Shown here: positions 37,100 through 45,163 of the stretch, piece by piece
How positions within the stretch are numbered: position 1 is the stretch's first letter
How the letters are laid out: every line of letters begins with the position of its first letter
DNA from: Phoronis australis
Taxonomy: Eukaryota; Animalia; Phoronida
Assembly (NCBI GenBank): GCA_002633005.1
Contig: NMRA01000833.1
Span: forward strand, 67,523-112,685
DNA: 45,163 nt
Direction of reading: 5' to 3'
Notes under the pieces: model-generated
The model's input: only the letters and a program-made list of their open reading frames with translations
The model's database searches: none
Told to the model about the DNA's origin: nothing
Program-made: the position numbers and the translations under genes

Positions 37100-37253
37100 C
37101 AGGGGCGGATCCAGGATTTTTAGTTGGGGGCGGGGAAGAGTATTAGCCAGGAATTTGCCCGTCAGACACTTACACCCCGAATTACCAAATTGAAGCTGGG
37201 AGAATTTTAGGGGGGGGCATGGCCCCCTTGGCCTGCCTCTAAATCCGCCACTG
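37100..37253. mobile_element. hAT-like MITE (CAGGGGCGGAT...ATCCGCCACTG)
   Basis: 11-bp TIR with one mismatch and G-rich subterminal runs. No clear TSD. Confidence 0.6.
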
Positions 37254-38825
37254 AATTTTACTAGCGCCTACAGATGTCTCACCTGTACATAGCTTCCTTC
37301 ACCAGATATTATACGCGCTGCGGAATGTCCGTTCAACGGATATATTCCAGAGGGCAGCGCGTTTTCTAATTTCCAAAGGCGCATCAAGTCGTGATTGGAT
37401 GCTTATTGGAGGACTTTATTAGACTAAATTCAAGGGCTTCGGAAAAGCCGCGGGAGCCTTGCTGAAAACTTTAGTAATGAAAAACGTTCAACATCCACAT
37501 GATTGAGCTCAATACGTAAAATTGACGGTATGCAAAATTTGAAGTTCCTTAGTGCCTGCGTAACAGAAAAGCCTCAGGACAAATCCCTTTCTTCCTAAAA
37601 TTTATAGGTTGTTATGTAATCCTGATACCTTAGCTGTGAAATATGTATATCACGCATCAAAAAAAAAAACGGAACGGCTTGTGTATTGGTGACTAGTGTG
37701 CATAGCACCACGATGATCTTGTTTGTTTGTTGTACGGAAGAAAATATAAACTGAAGTTTGGGGCCTCTTTCCTTTGAATCACCTTGTACGCCAGAAAGTT
37801 CCTTTCGAACTGATTCCAATGATATTCTACTGAAACTGGAGTTGCACAAACAAAAAGGGCCCTTGCGAAAATTTGATTGTTATACGATTTTATCGATAAC
37901 CTTGCGACAAGCTTGCGACCTAGTTTTCCAAGAGTTGTGTTAGTTTTTAATGTTTTAAGGAAGTTTAGTTACCCAGGATACAGTGTCGCTTAGTGCATGT
38001 GTCTTCCTCGTTCGAATATTTGAAAAATATGTTCTCTCTTCTAAGGCTTCTTTTGTTGCTGGATTTGTTAGAAAAGCCAGAGTAACCGAGTGAGTCCTGT
38101 GCTAAATCATTACATCTTTTAGTAAGAGTTCATAAGAGCTATAAGAAGAAAGTTTTGACTAGAACTATCCAAAGCAAACACGAATAACTGGGTGCTTATG
38201 AATGAAACACAGAGCTTTTCGGTCCATTTTTGTCAAGATCGATTTTGGTGTAAGACAAAATGACATCCAGGAATTTTAATACCCGGGATATTTGTTTTCG
38301 CCGTGAAAAGAACATAATGATGTCACCCCGGTGGTAGCAGTGCCTCCTGGTGGCCACCTATGTCCTGCACCCGCACCTCACTTCTGGCGATTTCACCTCT
38401 GGCGACTCACACGTTCGCAATTGCGTTGAACGTGTTGCCGAAGCTCACTAGTGAGCTTACCAGATGCTCTTAGGTGCCAAAAGCAACTTTACTTGTTCAA
38501 TCTCCCCAAATCACTGGTCCACATGCACAGATGTCTCAAACTCACTCATCAAATGTTTGTGAGCACAGATGGAGAACGATCATAATATTCCCATTTTTGC
38601 ACTGCCTTACTTGCTTGTCAACATGTCAAGACTACCAACTAAAAAGCTTAACGACGTCACTAGCTCTGTAAGAACTGGTTCCCTGCCTCAACCTGAGTGA
38701 TGTTGGCACTGCCGTGATCACTCCACAGAGAACATCAAACCAACGTGGATGTTTGTTGCTAAGTGGACTTAAGGCACACGTTCAGCACCGGTTCAGCACC
38801 TCTAACTGTTTTGACGACAATCTAC

Positions 38826-38963
38826 CTTATCGTATCGGTTTTCAACTATCACGCTTCTTCTTCTCCTCATGTATGCACCAAAAGAACAGACACCGTCCAT
38901 GACAACGAAAAGCACCACCAAAAGGGTAAAGGTCTTCAGAGGTCCCCTGGAAATTAAGTATAT
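38826..38963 (-). CDS. Exon 1 of secreted EF-hand protein gene, copy B (start codon position is ATA; possible pseudogene or alternative start)
   Basis: Encodes (I)YLISRGPLKTFTLLVVLFVVMDGVCSFGAYMRRRRSVIVENRYDK, then a phase-0 GTAGA donor (38825). Aligns with copy A exon 1. An in-frame TAA lies immediately upstream of the ATA. Confidence 0.65.
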
Positions 38964-40818
38964 TTAAGTGAAACTGTTGAACTTCTCATTTATATCGAAC
39001 ACTAGCCAAGATCGACTCATTGCCCAGCGTGTTCAGACAGATCATATCCATATCCTTTGTATTACTTATAACATTACACACATCTGTTCAGGTGAAGATC
39101 ATTTAGCGTGGGCCAGTTTCCTTATTAGTCAAGCGGCTAAGTAAATTTAGTTTTGAGGTGCGTAAACTCAATTATGATGGACCAATTTCTATGATGCGAA
39201 CATTGATTTTGGTTACATATTATCATCTACATATTTGTGTAATCATTTAGAATGTGTAGTTTTTCAAAAACATTATACTTCAATAGGCAGTGTTATGATA
39301 TTCGAAGACCCTGCTTGCAACGCTCCATTAACTCCGCCTAAACGTTGCACACAACGGTAGGTACAATGTATGACAATGGACTTAAACAGTACGGTAGCAG
39401 GCGTAAAATAAATGTAACTGACAAATCCTTGTTATTGCCCATGAGGTAGCTTCAGACTGAAAAATGGAAAAGTAGACGTTGCCTGACAAGAACCAGTGGT
39501 GAATCTAGGATATCATAAGGCGTGGCTAACATTTTGTCCCGGGCAATCGGGCAAGGTACGATTGCATGAGCGCGCCCAGCCTAAAATGAAGGGGGTTCAA
39601 ATTCCTGGGGATGCGGTCCTTTTACCAAAAAAAACAACAAACAAAAAAAACAAGAAACCGAACAAGATGCAGCAAAGACTGTTAAATCTTGTTTCAGCCG
39701 CATGTTACTTGCGGCGGTTCATTAAACTCAATATTTCTTCACGCCCTTGTTGTTCTATTTTTCCGACCCCTCTAAATCCGCCTTTGAGAACAACTTTTTG
39801 TGTTTTGACTAAGGAGGCATAGCCATATTGTTAAGCCCCTTCATCTTTCTGGGAAGCATGCAAACTGCAAGTTCTTGTCTGTTCCTTTTCTATCAGTGAT
39901 ATATTTCATGCGCCCAAGATTTCTGGTATCTGAAACAGTCTCGATCACACTTCACGGACCTGGTTTCATTTGAGATTGACTATCTCTAATCCCGTGATTG
40001 AATCGTACCCACGACGTGATCTGAGAGCCTATTGGATCAAGGATGAGCTGTAGATAGTCGGCACTAGTTGTTTTTGACAAGGTCCTCGAAAGGGGCGTGG
40101 TGGTGAATGCTCTACGCGGATGCAGAACCCGGCGCAACATGCGAGCATGGGATGAAGCGAGATCCTCCCATCGGGGGAGGGGGGGGGTGGTTGGGAGACC
40201 TTCCTCAGGCAAAATTTGAAAACTAAATGTAATTGGATTTTGGGTGCAGTTTGGTGCATTATACAAGTTTATTTGTGATAGACAAGGACTTAACCCGAGC
40301 ATCATGTAGTGGAAGTATCTGGGTAAAGGATACTTCGCAAGAAAACTTGCATAGACAGTGTGCTCTCTGTTGAGACACAGTGGTAGCGGCACTTAGTAAA
40401 AATTCAATTATCCACGTAGAGAAAAAATATTTGAACTTTTTAAACGTAATAAACTATAACGAAACTTCCGTAGATATCGTCCTGCTAAACATAAGTCAGT
40501 TCTAGTGGATTGGTGTTGGCCGGCGTAGCAGACGATGAATAATCCAGTCCAAATCTGAGACTGGTTTCCATTCGATATTGTTATTTTGGGACAGGGCTAT
40601 GGTTGATTAAACAGTTCAAGTGTCACGCCCTGCAATATAATTCACAATATCTTTTGTAAACTCGGACACGATAAAATGCATGAAGCAGAAAGCTTACTGT
40701 TTCTTACTTCATTAGCGAACCCTGGCGCTTCACCATTTTAGAAATTCGGATCGAAGTCGTTGTCTGGTCCCTGGCTGTATGAAGTTTATATGCATTGTCG
40801 GATAAACAGGGGCCATAA

Positions 40819-40912
40819 TCTGATATAACGTGCCCGCATTTTAAGAACCAGTTTGATGCCCGTCATTTAGTGGGGAAAACTGGTTCTCAAAATTGGGGCA
40901 CGTTATATCAGA
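40819..40912. repeat. 36-bp inverted repeat / hairpin, probably a tiny MITE
   Basis: tctgatataacgtgcccgcattttaagaaccagttt (40819-40854) versus the reverse complement of 40877-40912: 3 mismatches, 22-nt spacer. Confidence 0.75.
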
Positions 40913-43900
40913 CCATTGCCGATATGAGGTACGAAAGGGGATTGAATGACCCGTGTTTAACGGGAGCACAATTCGAGAGCCCATTTTACAATTATTATTT
41001 TTCCCGTTCGATCCACAAACGGCGAAAGGTGCCGTGTGACTTGTGCTTATTCATTACTACTTGCAATCATTTTACTAGAGATCATTTTACTAGCGATCAG
41101 TTTTACTAGCGATTTTTTTGCGTGGCGGTGAAGTTTCTCCATCACGATTATTTGTGTGGCGGTCAATTTGAATATGACTTACGTGTGACGGGGCCAAAAA
41201 GGAGCGTGGCGGATCTCCCAGAAGTTTACACGCAGGGGAAACCCTCGAAGGGTGCACAGTTGGAAAATAAATGTATATGTACATGTATAACCCTTTTGCA
41301 ATTAGCCCTCAGTTTTTTTCTAGTGACCTAAACGTGAATGTTTTTTTGCGTGCCAGAACCGTTTGTTTACAAATCCATGGCGCTATAACGCAAATTCGAG
41401 TTTACATCAGATTAGCTGTAAAATGAAATTCTGATTTTTAGAAAATCGAATCATTGTCGTTTGAGAATTCTGGTTGGGCTCATATCATAATTTTAGTTTC
41501 ATTTTAGATTTCATTGCGGCCAGCAGATCGTTAAACGGTTTTTACTTACATATACACCGACTTGTCTGACATCTGCCTTAATTAACATATTGGGCGGATT
41601 TAATTGAAAGATTTTTGCTTATTGTATATACACGTGTTATATTACAGGCCAAAACTTATCTGACGCTAACCTACTTACATGCCAGTATCTGTCAAAATTT
41701 CCCACTGTCAAGTTCAAGAATCAGTCCCCTCTCCACTCCTGCAGCGAATGCACTGTAACAATACTCTAGGCGTTAAAATGTTTTTAACCTGAACAAACTA
41801 TACCAGCGATTCAGTCCACTGAAATCCCATAAAAGGAAGATGAATCTGGTAACTGACGGTGAATTCTGATTGGTTGAAAGATAAGAAAAATAAACTTAGT
41901 CCTTGGCTTGCAGATACTACAACAACATGCTGTTTTTGTTGATAATTTGACTGTGGAATCCATGAAATTTTCTGTCTTCGGCTCTGTTAACTTTTACAAC
42001 TTTTTATAGTAAATGAATTTTCCAGACCTTTATTAGGGTGTTGGGAAGAATAATCAGAGTATATTTTTTTCGAATACTCGAATGGGATGGTTGCAGTACA
42101 TAATCATACACAGACGCTTAGAAATGAACTTTTTAGAAAGAAATTGGCGTAACCGAGTTAATTCTTTGTCAAGTTATTTTTGTCATTGTTCGGACGAAAA
42201 TATTACTAATTTGTTTTGAAATTGCAACAGTGTTAAAAGTTATCTGGCTTTAGCTTTCTCGTGTTGTGAGTCATATTTTCAATGTTGATGTTACCACATC
42301 AGCAAGAGAATAAGCTTTATTTGACTTCATGACGTAATTTTATGTTTGGTACTTGAAAATAAGTATTTTTAAGAATCACCAGAACGTGTTGAGTCTGTAT
42401 GTATTTGCCTGTTTCAAAACCACGGATTTGGAGTTGTGAGAATTAAGCAGTCGTACTCTTCCTCCGCCAGTTTAATTTGTCACTCAGTACCAGCGTTAGA
42501 GGATTTGAGTTGACCCAGCTACACAGGTCAATGCTGCTCCTCGATACACAAATTGTTCACACAAATATGTCTAATGTCTCACGAAAAAAGAACCTCTACT
42601 TTGTCCCTGTTTACTCTGCCCGTTTAACACAACTTATTTTGAATAGGAGTGGATTCACCAACGATCGTGAAAAAACAACTAATAATTATGTTTGTACATG
42701 TATCTATAGTTAAGTGATGGCTACTTTAAGTTCTTGTTGAACGTTTGGAACTGGCCATGATATAAATTTCCATTAAGGTGTGTCTTAAGTTCTTGAGAAC
42801 AAGTACTGTAGGTGTTAAGGTTTGCACGCTATGGAAGAACTGTGCTTCACCAAAATGCGGCTGGCAGATCACTGTCGTTGTAATGGGGACTAACCACAGA
42901 TTCAAAAGAAACAAGTAACACTCGTAGGCCCTGAAATCTGCATATAACCCCGTTTTTATTGTCCGTGGCAATGATAGGTTAGAGGTGACTGTGTCCTACT
43001 CAGTCCTCCTAAATCCACCCATGCTTGCGATAGGTCACTGGTTGTTCATACGCAAGCGCGCTGTGGAATGATTATCCCAACTCCCTGCTCGGACAGTCTC
43101 AGTGGATACAGCTTTTGATCAATGAGGTGCATATAAGGGAGTTGAAGTAAAGTCACATGGTTTACGATGAGCGGAATGGTCCGCCATTTTGATGATGAAC
43201 CAAATGAGCCGGCCGCTTGTGTACTGTGTAGCATTGAATTGCAAAAATAGGTGAACAAAAAACCAAAGCGACAAAATATTACGTTTTAGAGGTAACAATT
43301 AAACGGGGCTTTTCATTATTAGTGTTTGATGTGTGTCATTGTGATTGAATATTTACAAAATTGAATATTTATATAATGGATGAATTGTGCACTGTCTGTG
43401 GCCTGGCATACAAACAAACATATCGGTATAGAGTATCTTTGATAGAAATGATGCATCATCCCTAGTCGAGTTACCAGTTGTGTCAACAAACTGCAGGCTC
43501 TACAAGGACAGGCTACGAGTGCGAAGTCTCATAACCTCCACGGGGAGCTCCAGCATATGCGTGACGGGTCAGGTGGACAAAAGGGTCTTGACCAACATTC
43601 ACCATTCTGCCCTCGGACCACTTAGCAGTTTTTTAGTTCGAGGCCTATCGGATTTCCTGATTGAAACATTGACTGAATGAACAAACATGGCCCTTTCCAC
43701 TGCTACCTACATGTAGTATTGAAGAAACAAGACAGACACAGAACTAATGAATATTAAGAGCCAAAGCTATAGCAAAGTACCATTTACTTTTTATGAAAAT
43801 TATCCCACCAGAATCAGTCGTACTGCTTTTTCTGAGGGTTGTTGTTCCCAGGTCCATCAAGATTATGAGCTCCCAACACCATTCAACATAAGTGATAAGT

Positions 43901-44075
43901 GACAGTGAGCACGATTATTACCAAAATCTGACCCCTGTGCACCTTAGCGTCGAGGATATCAGTGTGCTTTATTGTTCTTAAAGTTATTACAATACTGCTA
44001 TGAATTGATTGCCGGGAAAACTCAAGTCAAGTGAAGAGTTTTATCACTTGCTAAAGCTGAAGAAAAACAGCAGCC

Positions 44076-44623
44076 CTATGGTGCCAGCACCTGAAGTTAT
44101 ATATACGCATATTGATTTTTTAGGTATTTATTATCATTTAGAAACAATTACGAAAAAACAAAGAAATAAGTACACCATTCATTCACGCTTGCACACCTCA
44201 GGAAGACCATTCTCGTATCTCGTTTAAAGTAGATATCTTTACAGGTAGTTAACATGAACAATAAAATTTTTCCATTTCGCAGAGAAGCTGTCATATACAA
44301 AGTTTTTATATGCAATTAATTTTTCAGCATTATAGTACTCATAAGTATNCTATGGTGCCAGCACCTGAAGTTATATATACGCATATTGATTTTTTAGGTA
44401 TTTATTATCATTTAGAAACAATTACAAAAAAAACAAAGAAATAAGTACACCATTCATTCACGCTTGCACACCTCAGGAAGACCATTCTCGTATCTCGTTT
44501 AAAGTAGATATCTTTACAGGTAGTTAACATGAACAATAAAATTTTCCCATTTCGCAGAGAAGCTGTCATATACAAAGTTTTTATATGCAATTAATTTTTC
44601 AGCATTATAGTACTCATAAGTAT
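44076..44623. repeat. ~273-bp tandem duplication across a single-N contig join (likely haplotype overlap artefact)
   Basis: 44076-44348 is nearly identical to 44350-44623. N at 44349. Confidence 0.85.
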
Positions 44624-45163
44624 ATGTAACGAACTTGTGAAAATTAGGTATATTTTTGTGACATCTCTCCTTGTAAATGTACTGTTTAGCTAGTAGACGC
44701 AAAACGTTAAAAAGAAAATCATGCGTCTTGTAAAGTCTAAGAATAACACTATCGTAAGGCAAACAGGTGGGAAACTGAATGCGACACTTTTGAAGTAGCT
44801 TTCCGAATTCCTTCCAGAAATCTTGAACAAAGCTACATTCCCAAAAGGGTGTGACAGCGTCTCTGGAGGGCTTTCAAGATATTTAAGGGCCACGGCGAGT
44901 TTTAAAGCTTTGATGAAAGTATGCATATTTATCATTTGAATTCCCACTTGATCAAGTCCTAAACAGGCCGCGGTTTGTTTAATTTTATCATTACGGGCCT
45001 GCCATAAAAATCTAAAAAATGTCGTATTCAATTCATCCAAGACTTTTACTGGTGGGTTTGGTAAACTTGAGTTTAAAAATAGCTAATGTTTTAATTACCG
45101 TTACTCTACCAAACGGCCTAAAATTTCGTCGACTCCAACTTTTTAGTAAAGACTTGATCTCAG
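44514..45163 (-). mobile_element. Decayed L1/Tx1-clade LINE ORF2 3' part with internal deletion
   Basis: Motifs SWSRR...FGRVTVIKTLA, LPNPP.KVLDELN..FFRFLW...DKIK, GIQMINM..FIKALKL and LLAKQYIYKERC...P...F.......EK.IA.......F..KW. Runs off the window end. Confidence 0.85.

Larger units (their letters stand above)
38820..43050. repeat. Segmental duplication copy B (with ~2 kb of copy-specific DNA at ~39210-41325)
   Basis: Collinear similarity to 15450-18225; see the copy A entry. Confidence 0.9.

Overview
AT-rich, repeat-laden eukaryotic genomic DNA from a draft scaffold, with N gaps at 7956-8218 and 10089-10140 and single-N contig joins at 11289, 12440, 15297, 20419 and 44349. It is probably from a marine invertebrate (inferred from TE types and TACATGTA enrichment). 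The host genes are spliced and largely missed by the ORF track. (1) A + strand gene, 5' part outside the window, has three phase-1/1 EGF-like exons (585-707, 2651-2773, 5502-5642) and a terminal chitin-binding peritrophin-A/CBM14 exon (6083-6261). (2) A tandemly duplicated - strand gene encodes a small secreted protein: signal peptide, poly-Arg site, then an EF-hand pair with an Asp-rich insertion. Copy B has three exons (38963-38826, 35877-35808, 31072-30903) but ATA in place of the start ATG. Copy A shows only exon 1 (15585-15460) with an intact ATG. About 2 kb of upstream DNA is alignable between the copies. The rest is mobile DNA: a Penelope-like (Naiad-type) RT/GIY-YIG element with a minimal hammerhead ribozyme, an IS3EU-like foldback element with a 6-bp TSD, L1/Tx1 and Gypsy relics, a THAP relic, a possible CxC4/KDZ (HMGXB3-like) relic interleaved with the EGF exons, several MITEs and a degenerate satellite. 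Family assignments come from motif recognition by eye, not database searches.
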